A stretch of 64,000 nucleotides of DNA from Octopus sinensis. Taxonomy: Eukaryota. Position numbers and translations under genes: made by a program. The notes under the pieces are model-generated. The model ran no database searches. It was not told the DNA's origin and worked only from the letters and a program-made list of their open reading frames with translations. Positions 48,201 to 61,859 of the stretch are shown here, piece by piece. Where the stretch lies: contig NW_021832227.1 of assembly GCF_006345805.1 (NCBI RefSeq), positions 1 to 64,000 of the forward strand, written 5' to 3'. Each line of letters starts with the position of its first letter. The stretch's first letter is position 1.

Positions 48201-48868
48201 TTTTGCATTTCTTCTTTAATATTTTTGAGTACGTCTTTTTTTGAGTACTTTAATACATCTTTTTTCTAGAACTCCAAAATATCTGTAGCTGTCTTGACTT
48301 TTTTTTGTATTAGTGAATATTTGAATATATTTAACGAATATTTAAATAACAAAAATTAAAATTATTGATAAAATTTTAAATAATTTTTCCTCGCTATTTG
48401 TGTGTGGTAAACTATGAGTGCAAGGGTGAACAATATGAAGAAAAAAAGAAAAACATCAAATTCGACTAAAACTAGAAGTTATTGATTTCAGAAAAATAAT
48501 CCTGATGTTACTCAGGAAAATTTAGCAGCGGTTTAATATGCCTATTGGAGTGATCAATTCAACGTTGACGAAAACATGACACGTGGCGTTATGTGGTTCA
48601 CCAACTCAATTCAGACGTATTTGGAAACGCTCAGGGGGTACCTAATGCCCACCGGAAAAGAACCATCAAAACTCGTCCCCCTGGTGACATTTTCGTTCCA
48701 GGACGATGCACTCTACCTATGTCTCACTCCTGCCGGAGGACATCCGCAGCCCGAAGACATAGAAAGCACGGTAATCTACAATTTTAGTCAATGTATAAAT
48801 CTCGACGTATAAACAATATATTTCATTATTTTTTCATTATTTATTAATTTTAATGGGATTGTCTAGAT

Positions 48869-50071
48869 CAGGCATTCTCAACCTTTTTTGTTCATCGCCC
48901 CCTTAGATATTTTATCGCCCCCTTTTGAATTTTATCGCCCCCTTGTCCACATACAATTTAAAAATTTTTGGGCATTGTCCCTTAATTGGTTGTTTTTTTT
49001 ATATAACTCAAAACCCATGGATAATCTTTTTAATAAGAGAAAAAAATCCCTTATATCTTCCAACCATTGACATAGCATCATCAGTCGCACAGGAATCCAA
49101 ATTTTCAAATAATATTCCATTTGTTTCAAAAAACCCTTTTACTACGGAATATATTGACATTCCAGTTGTACAGGTTTCCAATAATTCGACAAACAATAAA
49201 TCCTCATTTAATGCACATTCATTATCAAAATACCTAATTTTATTAAAACTTCCAAAATAACCTCACAAATCCCATTAAAACAGCTTTACTATCTACAATG
49301 ACGCTTTCATCAATTTGTAATGAGAACTTACTTCGCTTCAGTCTTTCAATAAGGATTTCCTTTACATTGTCACCCATTTCATCAATTCTTCGACGAATCG
49401 AATCATTGCTAAGAGGTAGACTTTTAATAATTTTAGAAGCATCTTGATGCATTACATCCGATATTATTACTTCCAGTGATGGAATTATTACATTTTCTGC
49501 GATAGTATGAGAACTGGAAGTTTTCGCAATAATTTCAGCAATTTTATAAGAAGCGATGTGCGCACCCACAACTGCATATAAATAAATGTTAAATAACCAT
49601 CATGTACTGGCTTTGTGAATAACTATTTGATCGTTTTCTTATTTTCAAAATTGTATTTTAAATTTTCAAAATATTCAATCGGCTTTGACATTTTATCCGG
49701 GTGCTTGCGTTTAGATGATCCTGTAATCGTTATGGCTTCATCGCCTCATTTGAAAAAGAACATTGACAAATAAGACAATAAGGCTGTTTTGTATCTTCAG
49801 TACTTTGAATAAACCCATATTTTAAATATTCGTTTTGATAATGACGACTTTTCTTATTTGAGCGAGAAGACATCTTAGATACCAAACAAGAATGTAAAAA
49901 AGCGTGCTATTTTAAATATAAGGATAAACACTATAGAAAAAATATTAATAAATCTGAAACATTATTAAAATTAACATGTATAAATACTTGTATTATATTT
50001 AAATTCGAATATTTTATTAAATATATTATCGCCCCCCTGTACAAAATTATCGCCCCCGTTGAGAACACCTG
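48869..50071 (-). mobile_element. hAT Buster element (duplicate of 1319-2522)
   Basis: Same TIRs and GTCTAGAT TSD. Confidence 0.9.
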
Positions 50072-50139
50072 GTCTAGATTTTCATATTTTTTAAAAATAC
50101 AAAATAAGCCGAAAATCGTATTTGTTAATTATTAGGAGC

Positions 50140-51130
50140 AGAAATTCTTGGAATATCTTCTCTTTATCAACTAATGAGGTCCGCCACATGAATTCGTCCA
50201 AATAAGATTGCCATTCATGTGTTGTCAATATTTTGAGTATGGATGGAGCGGTCCAAAGGGTCAACAAAATGCTCAGAATGATTTATCACAGAATGTGAAT
50301 AAATCCCTCCTCCAATCTGCCCATTATAGGCTGCCCAACCATCAGTAATGATAAGGGTGCCGGAAGTACGCATCGAATGATAACTTCATTAAGTGTTTCC
50401 ACTGTTCTGTCTAAAGGATAAATGGAAAAAAGAACCTGCAACTTCTTCAAAAAGCACTTTCTAGTTTCCCTGTCTATTCCACCCAATACTCAATGGCCTG
50501 GTCGCCAATGACCCCGATGATAGTACTTTCTGAGAAAAAATTACACTCGTCGATTTCCACTATCGACTCTTCTAAAAATTAAATGAATTACGTAATGTAT
50601 CTTTATTAACCACGAGTCCCCCAAGTTTAATAGGAGCATTTGCAAGAGACACCGTAATATGTTCTCTGCAGAAGTTCGTCCAATCTGTAATCGTATTTTG
50701 CGAAATTTCTAGTTCGTATGAGATGAGATTTCCCTGGTAATTTAATGCCCACATATACGTAAGCATCAAAATTTTCGCTAACGGTAAATGACTTCTTAAA
50801 ATTAGTTTGAGGATCACTTACTGCAAAACCAGCTGTTCGTTCTTATACTTCGAGAAGTATTGCATGGAATACATAACCAAATTGCGTTGTCCACGTTTCT
50901 TCTTGACTTAGATAAACGACAGCGTCTCTATTTGTGAGAATATAGGTCTTACTTTACAGCGAACGCATTTCATTGTGTTAGAGATCAACCGCCTCTTTGC
51001 GCACCAAATTACACACTCTTCTATATTATCGCCGAAGAGCCTGTTTAGAGACAATAACCGGTTATATTCCTGCATTATTTGCTCATCAGACTTGATTGCA
51101 GCCGCATCAACAATAGAAAATCCCATGTAA
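50140..51130 (-). mobile_element. Merlin transposase (duplicate of 2590-3600)
   Basis: Same motifs and introns, with different small indels. Confidence 0.85.
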
Positions 51131-52374
51131 AATTAAACAATCCCATTAAAATTAAATTAAAAAATAATGAAAAAATAATTTGAGTCTATTGTTTATACGT
51201 CAAGATTTATACATTGACTAAAATTGTAGATTACTACGATCAAAAAGACGTGAACAACCTCATCAAATTCTATGTAGAGACTGCACACAAGGAGCACAGG
51301 AAATCCAATTCACTCCCCTCTAACCGAAGCCTAAAGAAACGGGCGGAACCTCTCCTCCTCTCGGTAAAGGAAATGGAAGATACCTTGCACTTCAAAAAAT
51401 CATCGTATTCTCAAGGAGGCCCGAATCGAGGACGTCCAACAAAGGGCCCTCAGATTAACCGATCCGTTGGTCGCATGAGAGGGAACGCACCGGTCCAGCT
51501 TCTCTGGAAGAACTTATCAATTTAGCCAGGTTCCGCTGTGAGGACGACAGGCCGTCTCAAAGCAGGCCAAACGGTGTTGGTCGAGGGATTTACGGAACGA
51601 TTTGATGCGGGATTGAAGGTGGACTTCGTCCCAAACAATTTGCCTATACGGGTCTTCCGGGATTTCTACTTGATCAAAGAATTGTGCATTCATTTAAATC
51701 GTTGCATAAAAAAGGAATGACTACAAATTTGAGTATGGGAACAAATATGGAAACATTTTCATATACAGATGAACTTACCAAATTCAAATTAGTGAATGCT
51801 CTACCTTTAATTATTGAGGCTTGGAACCAAGTCAAGTGAAAACTATCAAAATTGCTTTAAGAAAGCATTAAACAATTGGACGAAGATAAATGAAAAAATA
51901 CTCGAAGAATCCACCGACGAAAAAAGTATTAAATTTGAATCACCTTACAATTAAAGATAATAAAAGTGAAATTATGATTGAGTTTCCTATCTGTGCACTT
52001 CTCGTCTGCGAAGAAAACGCATATCTTAATACAATAACAATGTGAAGAATATGAGCATGAAGAAATAGATAGAAGAAATGATAATCCCATTGGTTATGCA
52101 AATGCACTTAAATATTTGGAAAATATTGAAAAATATTTTTTGCAAGAATCTGGTGAACATATTCATATGATTACAAATTTGAGAAATACATTGACGAAAA
52201 TTTAAAAAAGGAATATAAAATTACCAATTACATGACACATTTTAATTAAAAAATTATTTTTGTTAAATTAAATTAACGAATGCTCAAATTTCGTTTTCGT
52301 TATATGAATAGTCTACTGTATTTATTTCTTCCTTAGGTTATCAGCAAATTACTTTTTTCAAAAGCAAGTCATCT

Positions 52375-52550
52375 TTAATATCTAAAAAGTTATGTGCCAG
52401 CGGCAAGGACGCAGTGTACGTTGCCGCGAACGATTGCCAGATTGATGCGCTGGCGGAACCAGAGGCCCTCTCTCGGGTCCTTAAGCCTCCTCCCAATGGA
52501 CTGCCCGACCTCGTTAAGGAACGAGTCGGTCTCTTTCCCTGCGGCTTTTT
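52375..52550 (-). mobile_element. CRE 3' end (duplicate of 4845-5020)
   Basis: DPREGLWFRQRINLAIVRGNVHCVLAA. Confidence 0.75.
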
Positions 52551-53213
52551 TGTTTTTAATTTTGAACACATTGTGTATAATTATGAATACACAATTCTCA
52601 GTAATGGAGGTGGAAAGTGTGTATGAGCGGGGCTTGTTTCCCCTACAAACACAAAAATGTGGTTTGACTAATCCGGATAAGGCGGGACGTGAAGAATACA
52701 CATTTCTGGAACATAGAAAAGGGAATAGATTTGTAATTTTAATAATAGACAGGTTCTTTCTCTCCTCTAGCACTTTAGATTACCGAGAAGTTGCAGTTAA
52801 TCGCCTCTCACTAACTAAATGCCATGAAAAGGCTGGATTGGCGAGCATCAAATAAGATACTCTTCAAAGTCCTCTTAAGATTTGTTAACTGTATAGACTT
52901 ATCTACATTCAACCGGAGCACAGAAAAGTTCAAGTCTCTAACTTATATCATTATTTAAAGTTTTTATCGTCCTATTAAAAATATTTTTTGATTGGCTTTA
53001 GGTTTATTTTAAACAAGACCGACATTAAAAGTAGAGTAAATGATCATTTGAGAAAGAATTGAGAAAAATAATATACAAATTAAAATATCTACTTCACTTT
53101 CAATCAAATTTACAAAAAAACTTGATTGCAAGTTTATAACTATTTGATAGAATAAGCCTCATTAACTAATAGGTTTTATTCGAAAAATATTTTAAATTTA
53201 TTAAATGACATAA

Positions 53214-55594
53214 TTAAAGTTTTGATTGATATTTGTATGCGGAAAATCTCAAAACAGCCAGATAAAAACCTTGAAACGAGTTTAAGAAAACAAAAATAAA
53301 TTGCAGAAATACTGAATGATTATACTTTATGAAAAAACCAAGAACCCAGGTTATGCCTAAAAAATTGGAAATAATGTACCAAAAAGGAATATTAATCCAA
53401 ATAGCAAAAAGAATTCTTTGAATTTTGACGGCATGTTTTTTGAAAATAATTTTTTTCGTCTTCTATTTTTATCGAGAGAAATAAGGATGAGTATGAAAAT
53501 AATGATATTAATTGCTAAACAAATAGCAATAGGGAAGTATAAGCCTAAATATAATGAAAGTCCATTCAGCCAGCATCTAAAAATGATGTTAAACAAAAAC
53601 ATTTGTTTCTGCATATACATTTTCCAATTAATAGCTGATATGATGGTCGGAGGAATAATGGGAACGCCTAGTTGATTATATCATTCGAAACTGACCCCAA
53701 GCAGTAAAAAATGCAATTTTTAAAAAATCGACAGAAATACTTCCAAAAACTTTAACAAATAAATAGTAGAAAAATATTCCTTCTGCTGTCATCCAGGAAA
53801 ACACAGACAACAATGAATAATGCAATAGGAATCCGACTGCCCCACAGCTTTTATTTTTCCCGAACTCAGTCCCAAAACCAAAAACAAGGTTCATCAAAAG
53901 CATTGCAATACATAAATTCAAAAATAAATTAAATGAATAAGATTTATGCCCATTTCTAATATTTAAAGTAACTATCTAACCTCCAAGACATAATCGAGTA
54001 AACAATGACGACAATCTCTGTTATTATTGATACTGCAAGACCAACATGTGTAAAAATGCTCAGCCATTTATATTTTCCTACTAAAGATGGATCCTATATG
54101 TAATAATTATTTTACAAAAAATACAAAAATGACAGCAAAATTAGTCAAATGAGAACAAGTACAGCGCATCCCATTCTCAATAATCTTACTGCTGCATCCA
54201 TTTGATCTCCAATCTTGTGTGGACACATTCAGATATACACAAATTGATTGTTTAGTGAAATCTTATTTATTTTAATCACAACACACTTCCTGGAAACTCA
54301 AGTTGTATTGTCAAGTTGTGAATCGGCTTGTTAGTATTCACCAAGATTCCCACAACTGATGTTTGAAGCTTTGATTTATTAAAAATATTAAAAAGTTCAT
54401 CGTTTTTCCAGAAAACAAACGCTATTTTTAGTTTCGCAGATTCTTACAGGTAAGCTATTTTATTTTACCTTCTAATAAATCTTGAAGATGATTTTTGTCA
54501 AGTTTTATTTTAATTGGCGATTCTTTATGATCAAGAATAGTCAGATTTGTGTTTGTTTTGTTCAAAGTCAATAACTTTGCATCAAAATTTTGTAAGCTGA
54601 ATTTAGTTGTTCCGGGTTTGCCATCAGTAGAAATTATTGTTTTTGTTATGGTTTTCACAATTCTAATTAAATTAAAAATGATATGACTTTATGTTTGTCG
54701 ATTTCACCTTCTCATCAGAAACTGTGGATTTGGAATAAGACAATTGATTACTAATTGTACCAAGAATTGCCTAAATGCAATAATCATGTGGTTGTAATTG
54801 TTTTCTACTGTAAACAAAAAATACCTGACTTTCTTTTTCAGTCAAGTTATTTTTTCCATTTGCATAATTCAAAAACTGGTTTACGTTGTTCACTTCCTAT
54901 CAATTATTTCCTTAAACCTAGTCACCTCATCTGTGTTTTCGACTTGGATTATTTGAAGTTTGCCATTATAGTCGTAATTGCATGTTACAGTTCTGGACTC
55001 TTTTACAGACAATACTTTTATTATTACCAGTTCCCTTTTTGCATTCTTTAATGGCACCTTTTGTAATGGAATTTATGTTAGGACAATAATCGTGGATTTT
55101 TTTGCAGTTTGAGGTTTTAGATTGCTCGTTGTCACGTGGAATTAAATAACCAAAATATCTATCCTGACAGTTCATAAAAGTTGCCTGCAGATATCCATCG
55201 TCTTGAAAGCAAATAGTTATATTTTTATAAAATCTAAAATTGAATTATCAATTCTACTTCCCGTCCAAAGTATAAATATCTTTCCGATAAGCATAATATG
55301 CGTCGTTAATATCTGAAATCCACTCAAAGTAATTAATAAATGATATTGCTCCCATCCATCCTCTAGCTAACAAAATGTGAATGTAATTAACAAAACATCC
55401 AGTTGTATATTTATATATTTCTTCAAGTTCATTAAATTTTGTTATCGGTTTGTAATCTGTGCTCCATAAACTTATGTATTCAGTCCACGTGACATTTTCA
55501 ATCTTTACGTAGTTATATGAAATAACTATAATAAACAATTCACAAAATTACTCCGATTTTCATTAATAAACAAAAGAAAGATAAAATTAAACAT
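53214..55594 (-). CDS. Adhesion GPCR (signal peptide, Cys-rich ectodomain, GAIN/GPS, 7tm_2), multi-exon
   Basis: Candidate start MFNFIFLLF at 55594. GPS CTCSHLTNFAV, TM2 MNLCIAML, TM3 LHYSLLSVFSWMTAEG and TM6-7 FG-ITWVLGF...FLNSFQG. Examples of micro-introns: 55526-55551 and 53357-53379. Confidence 0.85.
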
Positions 55595-56060
55595 CACTAG
55601 TAGTTTTATATTTTGGATTAAAATCGGAATATATAGCTAGCGTCAATTTTTGAATAATGAAAACCGCAATTTTTATTGCCAACCATTTTTTAAATTGTTT
55701 TACATCCAGTGGACATTTTATCTTGTAAAATGGTTGCTTTGAGTCTGCCGATCTGAATTTTTTTTTATAAAATTGGTGAATATTTCTTTAATAAAGAAAA
55801 TTATTTATTTTCTTAATATATTAAAATCAATAGGCGTAACTCAATCATAATATAACCTCTCGAATCGCCAATCTTGGGACGATCAAAAAATAGCAGATTT
55901 GAGAAATCAGTAAATTCGAGAGGCAATTTAAATAATATTTTATATACAAATTACTGAGTAAATAAATTATTTATATTCAAAAAATCAGAAATTTTATGTT
56001 ATTTATTTATTTTTCTTAACATTTCCCCAATTCTCATAATTTTTGCGTGATCATTTATAT

Positions 56061-57326
56061 CAGCATTTCTCAACCTTTTTTTAATGAGGATCCCCAAAGT
56101 GCTTTAAAAAATTTCTGGTACCCCCTAGTATTATTTTATTTTAATCAAGAATTAAATCAAATTTTATTAATAAAAATTTATAATGTAATTAAAAAAAAAT
56201 TAAACTGCCTAATGGGACTTTTGTTCTTGCATTTTAGAGATTAAAATATCAGTTTTCAGCTTTGTCTCAGATAGGGCAATACGCAAATTAATCTTCTACT
56301 TTAAGACAATTTCGATATTTTGACTTTAAATATGCAAGATGTGACATTGCCGTTTCACACTTGTGAAATGGAATGAACTTCTCTAATGCTATTGAACTGA
56401 GTAATGGATATACAGTTCTTAGTTCACACTAGAATTCCATTAATGTACTTTTTAAACGATATCATAGAACTTTGAAACTTTTTAATTCAATAAGAGATTC
56501 TTGAATTTTGAGATCGTCATCTAAATTCTTAGAAGAAAGGAAGGAATTTATAATCCAAACAGGAACAGAATTTTGTGCAAGAAAATAATTTTTAAAGGAA
56601 ACATTGATATATTTAATTTTAAAAGTTTATTTTTTCACAAATATAATTTATTTTTGAATGCAATGATTATTTCATTCAATTCAATTGAAGACATATATTT
56701 TCATAAAAATTCATAAATACAGTTAACCTTGCAGAGATAAATAAAAATCATTCAAAATAGAAAAAATGGCAGCAAAATAAAAGAATTTTTTGAATTCAAT
56801 GGATTCCATCAATTCAAATAAATCAAAACGATTATTATTTTTCAAAAACATTGAAGTAGAATTAGACAATTGGGCAACTCTTGTCAAAGCCTTTCCCAGG
56901 AAAGCCATCTGACTCAGAATGATACAACAAAATTAAATGTTCTGATAAAAGTTCTTGTGACAGCTTCTAAAAAATTAATTATTTTTATTATTTGATCGAG
57001 GACAATCTTCATCTCTGATGGCAAAGTTTTTGATGCAAAATTTGTATATTGCACAATGGAAAGATTGGATATTTTGATTCTTTTTTTACATTTGCAATAA
57101 ATCCTGACCAATAACGAATCATTGAAAGAGCTCCGTCAGTGCAAATTGATCCGACTTTATTCCAATCAATAGAATTAAGTTCCATAAATTTGTCAACAAC
57201 AGCAAAAATATCACGACCTCGTGTTCTTTCATCAAATTCGATACAAGAAAGAAAATCCTCAAAGATCTTGGTTGCCAAAAATATATTGCAAATATAAAAT
57301 TCTGGGGACCCTGTCAAAAAACGCTG
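56061..57326 (-). mobile_element. Degenerate hAT (Buster/ZBED5-like)
   Basis: TIR CAGCATTTCTCAAC and a decayed GTCAAAAAACGCTG, TSD ATTTATAT/ATCTATAT, motifs EDFLSC...TRGRDIF...ICTDGA. Confidence 0.75.
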
Positions 57327-57462
57327 ATCTATATATCTACATTGGTCAGGAGAGCAAAAGTTATAATAATCTCTTGAGCCCTAAAGCTTTCTAAGATTAA
57401 CTTTTTCATTATCTTAACTGGTGGAAAATTTAAGAAAACAAATTAAGTTAGGAATGTACAAA

Positions 57463-57566
57463 GGGGAAATTCCGGGGGGCTAAAGCACGCACCCTCCTGC
57501 GGAAAGTACCGCATGCGTGTTGCCACGGAGAATGGCGATGGATATCCGGTGCAATAGCCACTTTTT
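57463..57566. other. GC-rich structured island ending in a T5 run (candidate ncRNA)
   Basis: Several complementary stems in otherwise very AT-rich DNA; see findings. Confidence 0.3.
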
Positions 57567-58409
57567 CATTATTCGATAATTGATTTCTAAGTTTAATTAT
57601 TAAATAAAATCACTAACTGATTGAAATTTTTTATGCTTAAATTTTTTTAACTCACACACTTTTAGAAAGAATGAACTGGTTTCGTCTTATTATGAACATT
57701 TTCCAATCCATATTGTTGAATTTTTAAACTGATTGTGTCATTAAAATCAGCAATAAATTTTTCATCATGATTTACCGATTTCTTAACTCATAAAATTTTC
57801 TTAACTTAAAACCATTTCTTAATTTAAACTTTGCTAGCAAACTCACGACTTGCTATAAATTCTGAATCATTTTTTCAAATTTAAGAACTTTTGCAATTAA
57901 CATTGAATCTGATTGAATTTCTCAACTAGATGTCATTAAGTCAATACACGTTATCATTGCTTCATCAATTATATTGGATGTGAGTTTTGAAATTCTCGTT
58001 ATGTTTAATTTTTTGATATTTTCATATTCAAAAGGTCCGATTTTGATTTAAGGTCGTTTATGTATGTATTTTTAGAAACATTTTTTGGATGAATATCAGA
58101 TTTTGTCGGTTAAAGTTTATGATTTACTTTAAACTATCATTTCACCTCTTCCATTTTATTGGGATATATTTTGTATACTAAACGACTGTATAAATTTTAA
58201 ATTATATTATTCTTTAAATATTTTATTATTAATTGAAATATCAAAATAAATTAAATTTGATTTAATATAAATAATTATTTAGTTAAAATAAATAATTAAA
58301 ATTTAACAATCCTAATTTTATTTAAATCCCTTGTGGTTACTATTTTCCAACATTTTTTAATTTTAAATAAATTTAATTAATTAATTTACAAATTAATTTT
58401 TTTAGATTA

Positions 58410-61400
58410 ATGGAAAAAATCGAAAACCCTCTCGTTACCTGTGTAGTCTGTAATAGAAAGGTATTCTCAACTAAATTCCTTCACTAGAACATCAAATGTA
58501 AATTCAGTCTCATTTACAGCGGTTCTGTAAGGCAGATTTGCAGCCGACTGTGCCTAAAGTCTTTCAGAGAATCTCCCGACATGTTTTTAAACTCCGAAAA
58601 GCCCGATGTATTTTTACAATGTGAACTATGCGGACAAAACTTTTACCAAAGCGAGTCTGTAGAGTGGCAAAACCTCAATTTCTGTCGAGATGAGTGTGCT
58701 GAGGGATACAAGCAGAATTGTACGACTTCGTTTTGTTTCTTCTGCGGACAAAGCACACAAATAACCGAAAATTTGTTGATTTTATCCTTCCGAGCCGGGG
58801 AAATGAACTCTGATCGAATTTTTTGCAGATTTTGTTCTCAGGATTGCCTAAACTCATTTTCAAGCCAACAAATTGCCTGTCGAAATTGCTCAAACAATCT
58901 TCCTGCTGATCGGAACAACATTTTTGCTGATATTTTGGACGAAAGTGAATCTCTAAGTTATTTTTGCTCTTTTTTGTGTCTGGAAAACACGAGATCTTCT
59001 CTGGGACCTCACCGTAAGTTGGAAAGGTCCTTGGATGTGGTTGTGAAGAGGAAAGCCCTCTGTTCGATTTGTGGAAAGTACAATTTTCCCCACCACGAAG
59101 TGAACGTGCAAGAAAAAGTATTTTGTCAGTTTTTTGATGATTAGATGCACTCTTTGTGTTCTGATGAATGTTTTGAGGAGTTTAGGGATAGGAATGTGAG
59201 TGCCAGTGTCCACATGTGTGACCAATGTTCTACTCTGTGTGATACAAGTGGTGATTCTAGTGCCTTGACTGCCCATTTTGGCAACAGGGATCACTTTTTT
59301 TGTGACGAACAATGTTTAATTTTGTTCAAAGCGTCAAATCGTGCATTCTCATATTGTTATCGGTATTTTGATTGTATCAAATTCAGTTGTTCATCAAAGC
59401 GGGGGAAATATGGGATTCTTTATTTGAATTTGGGGGATTCGAAAATTAAGTTGTTTTGCACAGCCACCTGTCTTATTCAACATTTTTATGAAGAGGTCAA
59501 AAACTCGACTGAGCCCCTAAAAATTGGCTGTGGTTTTTGCCAGAAGAATCTGAGTGACCCAATGTACTGCCAGACTAACTCGATCGGGACTGTCCAGCTG
59601 TTTTGTTCGGAGAATTGTTTCCAGCAATGTGAGGGAGACAATCACTGCAAGAAATACACAGTCGACAAATCAGGAAATGTCCCCAAATGCAGTTTTATAT
59701 TCATTTAATTTAAAATAGTCAACGTTCATTGGGAGAATGAGGAATATGTGACACATCATACTCAGAAACGACCCCAAAATATCTCCACGACTGATTTGGA
59801 TGGTTTATTCTTAAATAATAATCTCCAGAATCCTCAACCTCAACAATGTTGTCAGAAAATGAGTCATGTTCTTCAGAAGTGAGTGATTTGTGTGACTGGT
59901 TAGAATCATATTGAGCCAGTCAAACGTAAATATGCGAGTGTGGCTCACACAGGAATGGTTTGTCGACCAAATGTGGTAGACAGTGCTATCACAGTCACCC
60001 CAATGACTCATGACGTTGAATGTCAGACTGGTTGTGCTATAAAATGACCCAAAGATGAGGTTGTGGATTCTCAAATGAGGCGAGTGACCCCTGTGCCTTT
60101 GCCTTATTTATGTCCTTTGCCTATGGCCGCATATAAACATCCAATTTCGGTTCCTCATCTCCTTCCAGTGCCAATCCCTGCTCCAATTCCTATCAAATTG
60201 TCGAGTGCAGAGGCCGTGGCTAATTTCAATGCCTCGATTCAAGTTGGTTGATGTCCCCAAGTTGTAGAAGTCTATCGAAAGGGTACCTCAAGATGCCTAC
60301 GAAAATGCCATAGTGAAAATGTCAATGCTACTATCAGATTCCAATCGTAGGCTAATATTAAGTAATAGTTCAGCTACGAGGGAGAGGAAGGTGAAAGATG
60401 AGGCGAGGATGAGTTATCGGAATATTCCTGAGAGGTCATTTGAGAGGAGTCGACAGTGCGAGGTTGTGGAGGAAAAGAAGTCGTTGGATGAGAATTGGTC
60501 ATTTAAATTCATGTACGGAGTAAAGGCGTGGGATCAGTGGATAGCCACATGTTCATTGGATGATATGTTTGTCTTTAGTATCAGCTGTAGAGGAATCGAG
60601 GTAGACAGAAGGGGAGATTTGACAAATTACTCAACCAAACAAGTGGCCGCATTGTTGGCTGAGTTTGTTTATAAAGTACGTAAAGTAAACGGTGAACAAT
60701 ATGCCCCTGACAGTCTCTACTATCTATGTCTTGGTTGTATGTTGAGTGGTCATGTCTGAAGGGATCCAAGCTTACTTGCACGTGATGAAACGAACCGAAG
60801 ACGTGTTTTCAGGATTTGGAGAGTTCAGCAAGTTTTCTGACAGATTGGACTCCATTTTGTCCAGTTGGCAACCACGTGCTAATGAGAATGGTTAGTTATT
60901 GTGTTTAGTGGTAGGTTTGTTGTTATGTCGTGTTGAGGAAGAGCATTTGTGGGAGTGTAGGCAGTTGGGTTCCTGTTCTGCCTATGTGTTGTTAAATACT
61001 CTTGTTTATTTCAACGCCAAGTACTTCCTGCTCAAGACCCCCCAAGAGCACTACAATTTGTCCTCTGCCAGCATAGTCAAACAATCCCGTCGTTCTGTCT
61101 ACCGGGCTAACCCCGAGGGCAGGACAATGTTTCTAAAGTACTACGGCGGGAATATCTCAGACAAAGCATATGAACAGCCCGAGAATAGTTCTAACTATTT
61201 TAGATGTCCTGTTCGTCTGTACGAGTTTTATATGATGAAATGGTGGGTGGATGTGTTTAGACTCTAGTCCTGAGTCGATGAGGTCGAGAAATGATGTTTT
61301 TTATCTGCGTCCTGAGAGCTGTGTGTTGCCGGACAGTCCCTATTGGTTTACAACTGATCCTTTGCCTATTGAGGAGATTCGGAAAATGCTCAATCGCATA

Positions 61401-61448
61401 TTTATTGTGAAGGAAATACAGGAGGCTTATATTACAAACGATAAATAG
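58410..61448 (+). CDS. ZMYM4: MYM-type zinc finger protein with DUF3504 C-terminus (ZMYM2/3/4, WOC-like), 11 exons
   Basis: Repeated CxxC...FCSxxC fingers, a Pro-rich VPxPxP block, YAPDSLYYLCLGIQ, VEEEHLWECRQLG, LLNTLVYFN and RCPVRLYEFY. Ten GT-AG introns of 24-28 nt restore the frame. Orthology within the family is unresolved. Confidence 0.9.
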
Positions 61449-61859
61449 AGGGCTGGGATTTATTCATTGTGGCTTAATAAAGTTTCAGACTATTTTACAC
61501 GTCCTTTTTAGATTTGCTTTATTATGTCAAATTTGTAATTTAGTTTTTTAAATAAGAAACATTACTAAGATTGTAATATGTTGTCTTAAATGATGAAACA
61601 ACAGTGTTAAAGCATCACAAATGTGTCATATATTTCTGCAAGCTAATGCTTTTCTAAAACAAATCAAGGCTGCAATTTTCTGGGCTATGCGAAATAGTAA
61701 TTTATTATGACTTTTAAATTCGGTAATTTTTATGGCACTTGAATGATAAGTTATCATTGATAACGCTTTTATGTTAACGATATTCTAATTCACATTATTT
61801 TTTTATCAGCAAAATTGTTCAAGGCTATAAATTTGAAACAAAACAAACTACTGCCCAAG

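Larger units (their letters stand above)
47513..55311. repeat. Segmental duplication copy 2
   Basis: Direct repeat of 1-7771, including the same nested hAT, Merlin, LINE, pogo, CRE and GPCR sequences. Confidence 0.95.

Noticed and set aside
57500-57560. Pistol or canonical HDV ribozyme call
   Set aside because: There is partial resemblance (TTGC...GGTGCAA; 7-bp G-U-closed stem), but the conserved linker and loop nucleotides are missing. It is kept only as an unassigned structured island.
58410-61448. Stop-codon reassignment as the cause of broken ORFs
   Set aside because: Frame changes need non-3n GT-AG removal. TAA, TAG and TGA each terminate recognisable genes (ELOB, NDUFB2, CK1).
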